The notes below the pieces were generated by a model. The model was not told the origin of the DNA, did no database searches, and worked only from the letters and a program-made list of their open reading frames with translations. The position numbers and the translations under genes were made by a program. A stretch of 64,000 bases of DNA from Octopus sinensis (taxonomy: Eukaryota). This document shows positions 48,201 to 63,000 of the stretch, one piece after another (the first letter of the stretch is position 1; the number at the start of each line of letters is the position of its first letter). The DNA lies in the NCBI RefSeq assembly GCF_006345805.1, contig NC_043003.1, positions 29,636,001-29,700,000 on the forward strand. Reading direction: 5' to 3'.

Positions 48201-51055
48201 TTTATCTTTGACGTTAATAAAACGAAATGGTTTCTAGTGGCAACACGGTGACTATTACAACAATGATGGGAGATACGATTTCCTGTCCCCATCCATTATT
48301 AAATCTTTTAAAATTGATATTTGACAGATAATCGCTTCAACTGTCTTAAATTCTTGAAGATGGGTCGTGTAAAAGCTAATTTAGTTGTAACATATTTAAC
48401 GGGGAAGCAATAATTTATACTATTGGACCAATAGTAGTTTTATTACTACGACATACCATTATACAGTGGCTAATTTTTGTTTTCTTTTTCCCCACAAACA
48501 TCTGCAACTACTTCGAATTTGTTCCAGTCTTATTCTAACCCCATCAGCGGAACAGTTATTAATTTCCTAAGAGTAATTAATAATGAATAAACTACTAAGT
48601 AAATGTCAGTATCGTGACAATTCTGTTGTTCAATGTTCTGATTCCTTTCTAAATGTTCAAATTAGTCCAGTTCTCATTTTCAGTTGATTGTTATAAATTT
48701 GCAACATTTCACTGCATGCAAACCTGTTAAATCCTAGTTCTAACCTGGCTAATTGACCTGTAAGTAGTCTGTGTGTGATTTTCTTTTTCTTCCTCTATTT
48801 AATTTGATTTGAGCATTTCTTTTTAAATTAGATTTCATTTCAGAAATCTGGTGAGAAACCTGAGACCATGTCGTCTAAAGATGCTGCCATGTTTCCTATT
48901 ATTGCCAGTTGTGCATTGTTTGGTATATATATGATTTTTAAGGTACATAACCTCTTTCACTTGTGTGTGTGTAATTTAACTCTTTTAGTGTTTAAGCAGG
49001 CCATATTAAGCCAAAATATCTTGTGTATCATGTTTAAGTTATCCAGCTCTGACTTCTCACACCAACACTACAACGTCATTCTAAAAATAAAAAGTTACTT
49101 TAAAATTTCGAAGCTGAGCTGATGCTTAATTAACAACAATGGTAATAAATAAACATTACATTTGATGGAGTAATATTGCTACTAAAAGGTTAATGTCCAC
49201 ATCGTTTTCACATCCACCTTTTCAAAATTTGCATGGATTAGACCAAATTTACTGACAGATATTTCGACTGTTCAATTGGATGCCCTTAATATTACCTGCT
49301 CTTAACTGTTTCCAAGCAAGTTAATATTTCCTCATGGCCAAACATGTTGTACATGGAAGATGGGAAGCAAACAGCATCACTTGTATGTTGGTGATGCTTA
49401 TTTATGACCATCACTTGTCAAGACAAATATATATGAACGGCTTCTTTCATGCCTCCTTTACAAGTTTTTGGTATTGCATTCAGTGTAAGAACTCAATATT
49501 TCCTTTTTATTATAAATTGTGACTGATTTATTAATGTGTAAATAGATTCATTGTTATAATACAGTCTTTTTTATTGCTAATGTTTGTTTTTACATTTTCT
49601 TATTAATTCTTAATTAGGATATTTTAAAAATAAATTTAAGGTTTGCCATGAAGATGTCTGCATTTTAAGCAGACAACCATGATGACATTATTTTAAGAGA
49701 AACTATTTTATATTTTGAGGAATTATTTTTGGTTGTGCTTCAGTGACAAATTCATATATTGCGTGTTTGTGTATCATCATCGTTTAATGTCCGCCTTCCA
49801 TGCTGGCGTGGGTGGGATGGTGTGATAGGAGCTGGTTAGGTAGAGGCCTGCAGCAGACTACTGTGACTTTTGGTGAGATTTTTACAGCTGGATGTCCTTC
49901 CGAACACCAACCACTCGGCATAGTGGACTTGGTGGTTTTTTTCTATTTGGCACAAACACAGACAAGGTTTTTACAGCTGGATGCCCTTCCAAATGCCAAC
50001 TACTTTACAGTATGAACTGGATGCTTTTTAAGTGGCACCTGCACTGATAGCCATCAAGTAACCTGCAAAACAAAAATCGTTTGAGAGAGACGGGGGCATT
50101 GGAGGAGGTGATCTTGCGTCAGATGATGAAAGGTTGTAGTGAGACAGACACACAAATAGGTGTCTTGCTGTAGAGCAAGTACAAAGTTACCTGGATAGAG
50201 AGAGAAGCATGAGAAATGAGGACAAACAGGTGTGCTGCTGTAAAAGATTTTTTTGGTTACCCAACCTGCAGGAAAAGGAGAGAGAGAGGTGGGAGAACAT
50301 TAGGATAGAGATGGTGGCAAAGTGCCAGGCATACTCTGAAGGGACAGGGATCAGAATATAAATGGGATGGTCAAGTAAAGGCGGAGAGAAATATAGATGG
50401 TGGCAAATGCCAAGGCCTACCCTTGAGGTTTGAAGGTCATATGTGGCAGGATATTGCCAAAGAAGTGTGATTAGAGAGTGGTGAAGACCTGGGTATATAG
50501 GGGGTGGGGGCGCTACAGGATAGCAATGATACAGAGAAGCAGGGCCATGAGGACAGGATTGGGGAGTGAGATGTAGGCATAGTGCATGAAGGTGGAAATG
50601 TGAGAAAGATATGTAGATGGATTTGTCGGGGTAGGGTGTGTGAAAAGTTTTAAGTGTGGGTGGAACATACAGATCGGTGGGGGGCAGTTAGTATATAGCA
50701 ATGATACAGTGAGACAGGTCCAAGAGGAGAGGATGGGGAGTGGGAGGTAAGCATGAAGTGGGAATGTGAGGAAGAGAAGAGATGTAGTTTGGTTTGTTGT
50801 GGTAGGGTTTGTGAGAAGTTTTGTTATTAATCCAAACAGGTGGAGAATAGAAGAAATGAAGTTGAAAATGCACTGAGAATGTTATAGAATTAATTAGAAT
50901 TTAATTATATTTTAAAATATAAGAATTCACTTGACCAGTTTCACATTAGAAGAGTTATAATTATCTATTTCATCAAGTGTATTCCTATATTTTAAGGTAT
51001 AACTAAATTATAAATTAATTCTAATATATTCTCTGAATTTTCAACCTTCATTTCT

Positions 51056-51095
<40 letters not shown>

Positions 51096-54000
51096 TCATT
51101 TTTCATTGAACCATGGCCATGCTGGAGCACTGCCTTGAAAGGATTTAGCCAAATGAATCATCCCCAGTACTTATTCTGTCAGTCTTTTTTACTGAACTGC
51201 TAAGTTAGTGTTGTAAACAAACTGGCACCAATCAAGTGATGGTGGAGGACAGACACTAGCCCAACGACACATATGTACACATATACAACAGGCTTCTTTC
51301 AGTTTCCATCTACCAAATTCACTCACAAGACTTTGGTTGTCCTGGCGCTATAATAGAAGATATTTGCCCAAGATGCTATGCAGTGGGACTGAACCCAGAA
51401 CCATGTATTGGGAAGCAAATATATATTACCATACGAGTTGAGATTTTTTTTTTTCAGAGCTACATGGTTGTAAGTTTAGTCCCACTGTGTGGACATTGTT
51501 GGTTGGTGTCCTCTACTATGGGTTGACCAGTGCTTTATGACTGAAATCGGTAAGCAGAAGCTGAAAGAAACCTGATATGTATGTATTCTCAGTTGGGGAA
51601 TATTATGCTTGGAAACAGGTGAAGGTTGGCATCAAGAAAGGTATATGTGATTGTAGAAAATTTTGCCTCAATGAAGTCTTATCTGGCCCATGCAAGCATG
51701 GAAAAATAGACATTAAAACAATTTTATACATAAAATTGAGTGGACAAACAAAAGAAAGTTGCACTCAACACATTTGGTACAAGTTACATATACTTAATAA
51801 GTTTGATTTAGTTCCTTGCAACTTAGTTTCGTAGGCTCATCAAACAAACCTATGCCTGTTTTTCATGCTAGCAGGACTCAAATGAATTGTCTAATCCAAG
51901 TCATTTCTTATTTGGAATCACTGCCCTCCTATATAATGAAGAGTCACACTTCACTCGTACTTTCCATCTAATCATGATTTCTATGGTTAGGTTTCCTTCT
52001 TAACATCGGCTACTGTCAAGTAATTGGTTCAACAAAAAGGAGCACTCGCTACCCTATGATGTCTCCGTTCATTTACTAACCAGTTTACAGAATTTACACT
52101 GAGTGTATTTTGTGACACCAACACAAAAAATTACATTATCCTTATAATAGAAACAAGTCACCTGTACATTTCCTTCATTCTTTTCAAGGAAGTTCTAGTG
52201 CATATTGTGAATAGAAGAGTGGAAGAATAGTGTGTGTTTGATAAGATGTTAGTGGAGGAAGTAATGGGAGAGAAACAATGATAGCTGTATGTTGGTTAGT
52301 GGTAAGGAAATTAAATTGACAATCGGCATGAACAGCTAGCAATAAAGAATGGTGGCAAGCACTAGTTGGGTGGTAGATTTCGAAGAAGAGGATAAAATTT
52401 CTGTTTAGTGGCAGAGAAGTGGGTGCTCAATATGCGCTGATAATAATAATAATAATAATAATTGTGTACAGTGCTCAGGTGCACTACAACTCATCTAAAG
52501 TGTATATATAATCAGGTGTAGTTTCGACGGATTTCGGGAAGCATGAGGGCCTTAAAGGATGCAGTGTCATGGCAGTCAACAACTGATGCAGGCAGTTTAT
52601 TCCACGCTTCAGCAACCCTGAGCGTGAAAAAATGTTTCCGAAAGTCATGGGAGCTGTGCTGTTTTCTAACTTTGTAGGCATGTCCACGTGTGGTAGACAC
52701 ATGGAGATCAAAAAGGTGTTCAGTGTTGTTGTTGGTGAGGTGGTTGATAACCTTGTGGGTGTTTACCAAGTCCGTCGCTAGACGCCGGAGCTTCAGTGAA
52801 TCCATGCCCAAGGAAACGAGGCGCTCAGAATATGGTAGGTGTCTGATGGAGGGTATGCATTTGGTTGCACGTCTCTGGACAGATTCCAGGAGGTCAATGT
52901 TCTGAGCAAGATAGGGATTCCAAACTGATGATGCGAATTCCAAGTGTGGTCGTACCATAGCTGTATACAGTTTTAAATAGATGGCTGGAGAGCGGCTATC
53001 AATTGCTTGCTATCACTCATTACTTAAGCATCATGAGAGAAATAGCACTGGAGGGTTGATGGTGGATGGATTGAACATAGATATATCACTGCCATTCCTC
53101 ACTACACAATTGGTATGGTACAGTGAGTAGGATACAGGAATAACAAAGGGCAGTAATAGGAGTTTTAACTGGAATAGGGTTGGTAAGACAGTGTAGATAG
53201 ACTCTCAACCTCCATGACGACCACCATTATCATTTTAATGATTACTTTGTTACACTTGCTTTTGTAGGCAGGTCTTCTCCAATAGCCCTGTATCTTCTCT
53301 ATAAAGCAAGGCACCTCTAATTGTCTCTTTCCAATCTCCCAAATGCTCCACCACTACTTAGTCAAGAGGACCTTTCTCCTTTGACCTGTTTCCTTTTTTC
53401 CTGTCCTTTTCACTCTTACAACTTACTTTGCAACTCCACTAGTTCTGGTGGCACAGAAAAGGGACCTAGTATAACCTAGTGGTTGGTGTCAGCTAGAACA
53501 TCCAGTTGTAGGGACCATATGTAAGCTGATATGGAGCACAGGATCCTGTCAAACTGTCTAAGCCATGCCCACATGGAAAATGGACATTAAATGACAATGA
53601 TGATGATAACTATAGAATCAAGTTAAATCAAAAGTCCTAAATTTACTAATGACTTGTTTTTGGAACAAGATTGCTTGTACCAGAAAAATTTAGAAATGAT
53701 TTATTTTCAGAACAGAAAACAACCAAACTAGTTTCTCTGAAATGGGAACTTTTAACAATTTATATTTAGTTGTTGTCACCGATGGAAAGCGGATAAAGGC
53801 CAAGAAAATATCTTATAGCACAGTCCAATGAAAAGCTAGTAAAAGAATAAGAGAAACTTACTGTTTAGAAATTCTCCAAATCCAGCTTACCTTCAATTAT
53901 AGTAGCACTAAAAACCAAATTTATAGCATTCAGAAAATAGCCTTTACAGATACCTTTTTTTATGTGTTACATTTTGTACTAAGTTTGATTTAGGTTATGT

Positions 54001-57000
54001 AGGCAAATATGGGTCATACCTTAGGGTTATGTCCTAATGAGTTCTTGTTTAAACTGATCACACCATCTTGGTGACAGTCTGTACTAATTACTTTCCTTCT
54101 ATTTTCTTTCAGGTATTTTCGAAGGAATATATCAATTTACTGCTGACAGTCTATTTCTTTGCACTTGGTGTGTTGTCGTTAGCACACATTAATAGGTTTG
54201 CATTAGTTTTTTATCCTTGTTTGACATTTTAAAAAATTGTTGCGTCTTCCTTTCTTTGTCTTACTCTATCTTGTAACTTTTGACTGGGTTTTTTTTTCTG
54301 TCTACTTATTTGCTTTATGTAAGGATGAATTATAACTGACAGTTCTACCATTTTAATAACACACCTCAGATTGCCTCTGGTTCTTTGATAAAATATATTA
54401 CTTTCTATTAAAACAGAAGTATCCCCACATTATGAAAATGTTGTTCTTAAAAGTTTTAATGTAACACAGTTCTACAATGCAAAACTTTATCCAATTGACT
54501 GCCATATAATCTGGAAGACAATGGAAAATAGATAGCAAAATATGCCAAAATTTTTCAGGCACACATTTTTGTAACAAAAAATTCCTGCATTCATAATTAA
54601 ATTAAAGCATTTTATCCTAATTATGTTCTAAATGTCAGCTTAATATGGAAATATATGCAAAAGTTAATTATTTTGCTAAATGCATCCAGATTCTTACTTT
54701 GCTTTCAAAATCAATAGAAACACATTTTAAATATTAACATAACGGGTTAAATATTTCTTGCTAATATTTGGAATTTTATTATTCAGTCCTTGGATCTCAA
54801 AGCTGATTCCGGATTCCTTCCCCAACAAAGAATACCATCTCCTTTTCACACAGGGTAAAGGAGAGAACAAGGAGGGTAAGTCTCGATACTTTTTCTCACA
54901 GCATGTTTTGTGTGTGTGTGTGTGTGTGTGTAACTAGAAGATAACCAGTGTCAGCTGTTGGTGCAGTTTTGTGTGAGTGTGTATCAATAGATGACACATC
55001 TTTATCTTCAACATTGTAATGTCCACTTTTTCATGGGCCGGATGGAATTCATTGAGGCTGATTTTCCACACACAGATGCCCTTCCTGTCACCAATTTCTA
55101 ATTAAGACAATATCTCCCTGACGGCTTAACACTTTCATGGAAGATTAGAATCAAAGCAAGGTGACAGTGATACACACATATGTATATATGATGGGCTTCT
55201 TTCAGTTTCCATTGACCATATCCACTCAAGATTAGTCAACCCATCATTATAATAGAAGACACTTGTCCAATATGTCATGCAGTGGGACTGAACTCAGAAT
55301 TATGTGTTTGAGTAGCATACTTTGTAACCATATGAGTTTTTTTTTGTTTTTTTTTTTAAGAATTACTTTATCCAATGGTTATTTTTACAAGATAGTGGAG
55401 TGTGATTTGAGGAAGATTTTATTGCTGTTTCTTGTTGCTATCATTTCTATTATCAACTTCCTCTGTGTAATATGCTGGTATGTACATATTGTTTTGTAAC
55501 TCTTTTTTTGCAGAAGTCATAAACTATGAATTTGACAGAAAAGACTTAGTTTGTCTGTTTGTCAGCTGTTTAATTGGCCTGTGGTATGGATTAAAAAAGG
55601 TAACTCATTTAGTTAATTACATTGGCAAACCTGTTAAACTGTGTGTGCATGTATTTTAACCCTTTAGTTACCATATTTCTGTTTAAACACACTGGCTTTG
55701 TTTCAATAAATTTTTAGTTAAGAATTTGATATATCCTTAATGTTAAGTCCTCAATCAACATTGCCAAAAATATAATCCATTTGCAGTTTGTAGGTTGATG
55801 AATAGGGAAGAAAATTCAGTTATGACCTATGTTAAATTATCTTTGGTTTCTTCTATGTATTGCTTTCCTAATGAAATCTTTTTAGGTAACTAGTGAGTAG
55901 ACTTGATCGACAGAAACTGCTAGAAGCCTGTCATATGTGTGTATTTGTGTCTCTCTGTTTTAATGTCACATGATAGTTGTAAATGAGCATTGCTGTTCTA
56001 CAGTCGGTGGTATTCGTTTCTTAAATTCTGCAGAAATATGTCTGGTTATGGGGAAATATTACCTTGGAACGGTATCCAGCAGTAGAAAATCTGCCTCATT
56101 GAAATCTTCTAAGCCATGCAAGCATGGAAAAATTGGACTTTAAAATGACGATGAGAAACCAAGGAGTTAGAGCTTCATCTCAAGTGTAATAATGGTTTCA
56201 AATTTTGCCACAAGGGCAGCCATTTGGGGGGAGAGGATAAGTCAATTACACCGCCCCCCCCCCTCCCCCACCTACCTTCTGTTACTGCCAAAATTTATCA
56301 ACTCAGAAAGGATGAAAAGCAAAGTCAACCTTGGAATTCGAACTCAGAACATAGTGACAAATGAAATACCGCTATGCATTTCGTCCAGCATGTTAACAAT
56401 TCTGTCAGCTCACTGCCTTATTCTCAAGTGTAATAATGCAGTTCAGAAAGTGTTATGAATGAATTTAAATCCAAAGCCTTCTTTAAAATTTTTGATTTTG
56501 AAACAAATGTCTCATATTTATATTTTTTCTAGCATTGGGTAGCAAATAATTTATTTGGTTTAGCCTTTGCTGTGAATGGTGTTGAGTTGCTGTCTTTAAA
56601 CAGAGTTAGCACAGGTTGTATTTTACTGTGTGGACTCTTCCTGTATGACATTTTTTGGGTGAGTATCCTTACTCATTGTTATTGTCTACTAATTAACACT
56701 AATTCTAATTTTCTTATTTAACCTAATTTCCTGTCTATTGATTTTATGCTTGTTTCTCTCACCTTTATAGGTATTTGGGACAAATGTTATGGTAACAGTT
56801 GCTAAGTCTTTTGAAGCTCCTATAAAATGTAAGTATGACCTGCTTGTTTTCAATGAAAGCACTTTGGTGTTAGAGAAGTTAGTGATAGGAAACTTATAGT
56901 AATGAAAGTTATTGTACATATAAGGAATATGTCCTTAATGTTGATAAGTCCTCAATCAACATTGCCAAAAATATAATCCATTTGCAGTCTGTAGGTTGGT

Positions 57001-60000
57001 GAATAGTGAAGAAAATTCAGTTATGAGCTATGTTATATTATCTTTGGTTTCTTCTATGTATTGCTTTCCTAATGAAATCTTTTTAGGTAACTTACCTCAC
57101 TATATTCTGTTGGGCATCTCTTAGCATAAACTTTTAGAGGCTGTAGAGTCACTACATACATTATCTATCTTCTCTATCATTGTTTCTTAAGTTAAAGCAA
57201 TAATTAATGTTAGCCAAGATGAATCTATGTTGAAGTATTTGAAATTGCATACTTGATTCAAAATGGAAACATTTAGAGTCTTGTTTTATATGGTTGAATT
57301 TTGTGATACACATCTACGGAAAAAACATCATCATTATTTCCTGATCACTTGTCATAATGAAATCTCAACTAGTACCTACTCTTAGAATGCAATAGTATCT
57401 TTCCAGCTCAACAATTTTAAATCATGGTTGTAAAACACATATTGTATTAATAGCATTCTGAAAAACACACTTCTTTCTCTTAGACTGTTTATATATGATT
57501 CAATATAAGACTGAATGTGCCAAGTGTCACAAATTTGCAAAATAAAATGCAAAACTTTATAAAATCAGATGTTCATTAAACTAAATTTCCAAAAATGAAT
57601 TTTGATGACAAAATATAGAAACATATTTGGTTGCACCATCAACAAAAGTTTTCTTTATATATATATATATATACAGCAAGATACCTGTTTCTTCCTCAGT
57701 CTCACTGTTACTCTAATCTTTCATTATCTGACACAAGATTACCTCCTTTAATGCCCCATCCCCTCTCAAAATTCCTTGTCTTGCAAGCTACATGATGACC
57801 CTACTGGTGCCACATAAAAAGCATCCAGATCACACTGTGATGTGGTTGGCATTTGGAAGGGCATCCAACTGTAAAAACCATGCCAAATCTGACCCCCACC
57901 TGTGCTGGGGCCACATAAAAAGAACACTGTCCACTCTACAGAGTGGTTGGTATTAGGAAGGGCATCCAGCCATAAAAACTATGCCAAAACACACTGTAGC
58001 TTAGTGTAGTCGTCTAGCTGGCCAGCTCCTGTTAAACCGTCAAACCTATGCCAATATGGAAGATGGACATTAAATGATGATGACCCTGCTCTAATAGCTG
58101 AGTCACTATCAGAACCGAGAAGTTTCAGGTGTGGAAGCCAGGTCTAGAATCGAAGGACCTTAGAGTCAGTCTAGCAAAAACCAACGTCTTAGTGAGTAGG
58201 AAGGCAGACAAATCACAAATCCCTTCAGGTAGATGGCCCTGCTCAATCTATAGAAGAGGCATATGTAGAAACTCCATAAGATGTACCCAGTATAAGTTAT
58301 GGACACATAAGAGGTGCAGCAATATCAAAGGAAGGCTAACTGGGAAGATAGATTTTTTGTGTGGCAAATGCATAGGTGCAATAACACTGAAAATGTGCAG
58401 AAAACAGCTTCAGTCACATGCCAGGGGCAAAACTAGAAGTTGATAGCTTCTGTTACCTAGGTAACCAAATCAGTAGTGGGGGTGGATGCTCTGAGAGCAT
58501 AGCTGCTAGAACAAGAATGGCCTGGGAAAAGTTCAGAGAGCTCCTACTTCTGCTAATAACAAAAGGCCTCTCTCTCGGAATGAAAGCTAGACTGTATGAC
58601 ATGTGTGCGAACTGCCATGCTACATGGCAGTGAAACATAGGCTGTGACTGCTGAGGACTTCCATAAGCTTGCAAGAAATGAAGCTAGTATGCTGTGCTGG
58701 ATGTGTAATGTCGGTGTGCATACACAACAATGTAAACGTTCTGAGAGAAAAGTTGGACATAAGCATCAGGTATAGTGTGCAAGAGAGATGACTGCGCTGG
58801 TATGGTCATGTGTTGCGTGTGGATGAGGACAGCTGTGCAAAAGTGTGTCACACCCTAACAATGGAGGGAACCTATGGAAAAGGTAGACCCAGGAAGACCT
58901 GGGGTTAGATGGTGAAGCACGACCTTCGAACATTAGGTTTTACAGGGGTAATGACAAGCAACTGAGACCTTTGGAGATATACTGTTCTTGAGAAGACCTA
59001 GCAAGCTAATTGAGACAGTGGCCTATGCCAATGTTGCATAACTGGCCCATTTAATAGTACCCTTCAATCATTGAGCAATATACTGTACATGAGAAAACCT
59101 GTTGAGTCAAGTGAAATCATTGTTGTGGCCGATGCCAGTACCACCTGATTGGCACCTGTGCCAGCGGTGCATAAAAAACACCATTCAAGCTTGGTTTATG
59201 CCAGTCCAGTAGTACCAGTAGTACGTAAAAAGTACCATACAAACATGGTTGATGCCAGTGGCATGTAAAAAGCACTCACTATACTATCAGAGTGGTTAGT
59301 GTTAGAAAGAGCTGTAGATTGGAGCCTGGTGCAGCCTCGATCAAACCATTCCCACCATGCCAGCATAGAAAGCGGATGTTAAACGATGATGATATACAGC
59401 AGCCTTAAGATATTGTTGCCCTTCATAAAATGTGAATGTGGAATGAAAATTTATCAAGAAAAAATAGACAACCAGCCTTGTTCTGCTTTTGTCCACTTTT
59501 TAGTTTCATACATAAAAATTTATATTCTATAGACAAATTTTACTTTTGTGATTTGAAAATTTGAAAGCTACTAAATAAAATTGCTGTCAACCAGTGGTTG
59601 ACTGAATTATTGGTTGTTCTTAATTTCAGAGGTTGTGTGCTCTGTAATTTCTTCTTCTCCAGTGGTGTTCCCACAAGACTTCTTAGAAAAAGGACTGGCA
59701 GCAGACAACTTTGCCATGCTAGGACTTGGAGACATAGTTATTCCAGGAATCTTCATTGCCTTACTGCTCAGATTCGATGTCAGGTATGTTTAAAGATTTT
59801 TCTTTTTTTTTTCTGCTTATGGAAGTAAAATATGGTGATGGCCTCTTTTCATATCAAACCGTTATACGAGGGGGTGCCAAAAAAATAACCGGAAACGCTC
59901 TCTGTGGGACAAACCCGTTGTAGTTCAGACTTCCATCACTAGAAGCCACTTCATGCAACCCTCGGGTATCAGTCTGCCAACCGGCAGTGTCTAGTGATGT

Positions 60001-63000
60001 CATACTGCCATGTAGTGCATCTTTGTTTTGCACTGCTCCTCTCCTGCTTGTCAATTTTTGCGATGGATGAAATGAAGGAACTGCATGCTTCTATGAAATA
60101 CTGTTTTCTGCCATGGAAAATGGTGATCAGAACAGTTCTCATACTTCAGATAGCTTACAATGATGTTGCCATGAGCAAAACACAAGTTTACAAGTTATTT
60201 TCACACTTTAGAATTGGTCCTTGTCATTCAAAGGCCAACCTCGTTCAGGGCAACATCAACCTTCCGAATGAATGAAAACACGAAATTCATGAACTGATCT
60301 TGGAGGACTGTCACTGAACAATTGACGGACTTGTTGATATGATCAGTGTGTCCTGGAGCGCCTTGCAAATGAAAAGAGTTTTGCGAATGTCATCACTGGT
60401 GCTACAGAAATTGCAGATGTGGAAGAGGTGAAGAAAAAACAACAGAGACATTAAAAGACATCACTTTACAAGAGTTCTAGCACTGCTTCAAACAGTGGAA
60501 AACGTATCTGGACCAATGCATTGCTTCAAATGGAGAATACTTTGAAGGCGATAAAAGTGTAAATGTAAATCTAAGTGAATAAAACAACATTGCAAAATTC
60601 CGGTTTCTTTTGGGTACCCCCTCGTGTTTACACCAGTCTGCTGTAAAATAACTATTATTACTCTTTACTTGAAAGCCATGGATTGGTAGAATCACTAGAG
60701 AATCAAACAAAATACCCTGTGGTATTTCTCCCAGCTCTTTTATGTTCTGAGGTTGATAAAATGAAGTATCAGTAAAGCGCTGGAGTTTTTGTACCTGACT
60801 AAACTCACACTGTTCCAAAATTTCAGGCCTTGTATTTATATGCTTTCTAAAAGACTTATTTTCTATTTTACTGCTTATACATCTTGACCTGATTGTTTTA
60901 TGAATTAGGACTGATGGTCTTTCTGGATTTGAACATGTCTGTTCTGCTTTATTCTTCTATTATAAAGATAGAGCTCTATCTTTACTTGAAGGATTTTTAT
61001 AAGTAAATAGTGCTAAGACTGTTGGTCTCATAATTCTTCTAATTTCAGCCTGCCTGAGACTGCTCTTGGTTCTGATACAAACTTCCTGTTTAGAGTGATT
61101 GAACTATCCATTAAAATTTTGTGTTAATTTACATTTGAAACCCTGGTTAATAACAGCAGAGTTGTATTAGTAAATTCATTATTTTCAAAATTATTGCAAC
61201 AAAGGTAATAAACTTTAAACCTGAAACTGTCAATCCCAGATAACTGGATAGGTTGTGGCCAAAATCAGCTCATGATATAATCAATCTTATCATCATCTTT
61301 TAACATCTTTTTCCCATGCTAGCATGGGTTGGACGGTTTGACTGGGGTCTGGGAAGCCAGGAGGCTGCACCAGACTCCAGTCTGATCTGGCAGTGTTTCT
61401 ACAGCTGGATGACCTTCCTAACACCAACCACTCCATGAGTGTAGTAGGTGCTTTTTACGTGCCAGGGGCCAGGGAAGGCTGGCAACGGCCATGATCGGTT
61501 GGTACCTTTTATGTGATTTAAAAAATAATTTTAATCAAACAAGCTAGTTGTAATAATATTTCATCAACTTATACCTTTTTTTAGAAATTTGTTTGAACTG
61601 GTGCTTATATAATGAAATAACATTAGACCTCGGTATATCATTCAGTTATGTTTTCTGTTCACTGATAACATAGAACCCTGATACTTAATTTATCCTTGGT
61701 AAAGATTATTTTTTCTAAATGGGTTTAAAATATAAATATTGTATTTCAAGAAAAATCACAACCCTCCCTAAGCATTCATCATTCTCTTGTGAACTTACAA
61801 CACCCTTAAAGGAGTTACTACTTCTAGGTTAAGAATCACAAGTTCTGAACTTTAACTTGCACCAATATATGAGGCCTTGTAAAAATAAAAGGTTGTAGGT
61901 GCAACCCTCCTTGACTAAATGTTTAATAAAATATCAGTCATTGGCTTGATTTATTATTGAAGAAATCTACATCCACTTTATGTAAACGGATATCACTTAT
62001 AGAAAAAAATTGTTCCATTCTCTCTATTTGTGATTCTTTACCATTTTGTCTGTCTGTACCAAAGTGAGTAAATGGCATCTTTCCATTCCCTAACTGCCTT
62101 GAAAGTTTGTAGTTGATGGTAGCCTGCAATTTTTTTTTTTTTTTTTCCAGTATGAAGAAAGGATCACGAACCTATTTCTACTCAAGTTTCCTTGCTTACT
62201 TCCTTGGTTTAGTGGCAACTATTTTTGTTATGCACGTTTTCAAACATGCTCAGGTATGTATTGAACTGTTATTCTTTTTATTGTAATGTCAATGGCTTAC
62301 TTAACATGTGTTGTATTGAAAACCAACAGGTTACAAGACTTCCTTATTGTCTATTGGTTATCAACTAGCTTCTCCAAAATTATTAGTCTAAATAAGAAAT
62401 AATAATTATTATTATTAGTGTTGGATTAGCAGAGTTTTAGACCATTGGGAAAAAATGCTTTGTGGCATTCATTCCAACTCCTTATGTTCTAAGTTCAAAT
62501 CCTGCAATGGTCAACTTTTCCTTTTATCCTAATAGTTGATAAAGTACCTGTCAAGAACAGAGGTTGATATTAATTGTACCCCTCCCTTCAATAATTGTTG
62601 GCTTTGTGTCTAAATTAGAAACTATTGTTGCTTTTGATGTACTTATTTGTGGTATCCTACTTATCAAATCCAGAATCTAGCTTTAAACCCATTACATACT
62701 GTACTGTCATTGAGATTTATGTGCACACTTGGTGAATTTATGAACTTGTCTATTTAAGAAGTTATTATCCATGTTTCTTGTCAACATTTCATTGTTATTT
62801 TTTTTTAAACTGTGTCAATGTTCTCTCTTTGCAGCCTGCATTGCTGTACCTGGTACCAGCCTGTATAGGTGTCCCTATAAGTGTAGCTTTACTTCGTGGA
62901 GAAATTAAAGAATTGTTCAGGTAAGATTGACCAAGTCAGCTGGTTGTTTTATTCTTCTGTATACACATAGCATGTGTATGTGTGTGATATTGACCAACAC

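Noticed and set aside
55734-57092. Canonical C/D or H/ACA snoRNA call for the duplicated segment
   Set aside because: TGATGA is present in only one copy, there is no terminal CTGA, and no ACA 3 nt from the 3' end; kept only as an unexplained module
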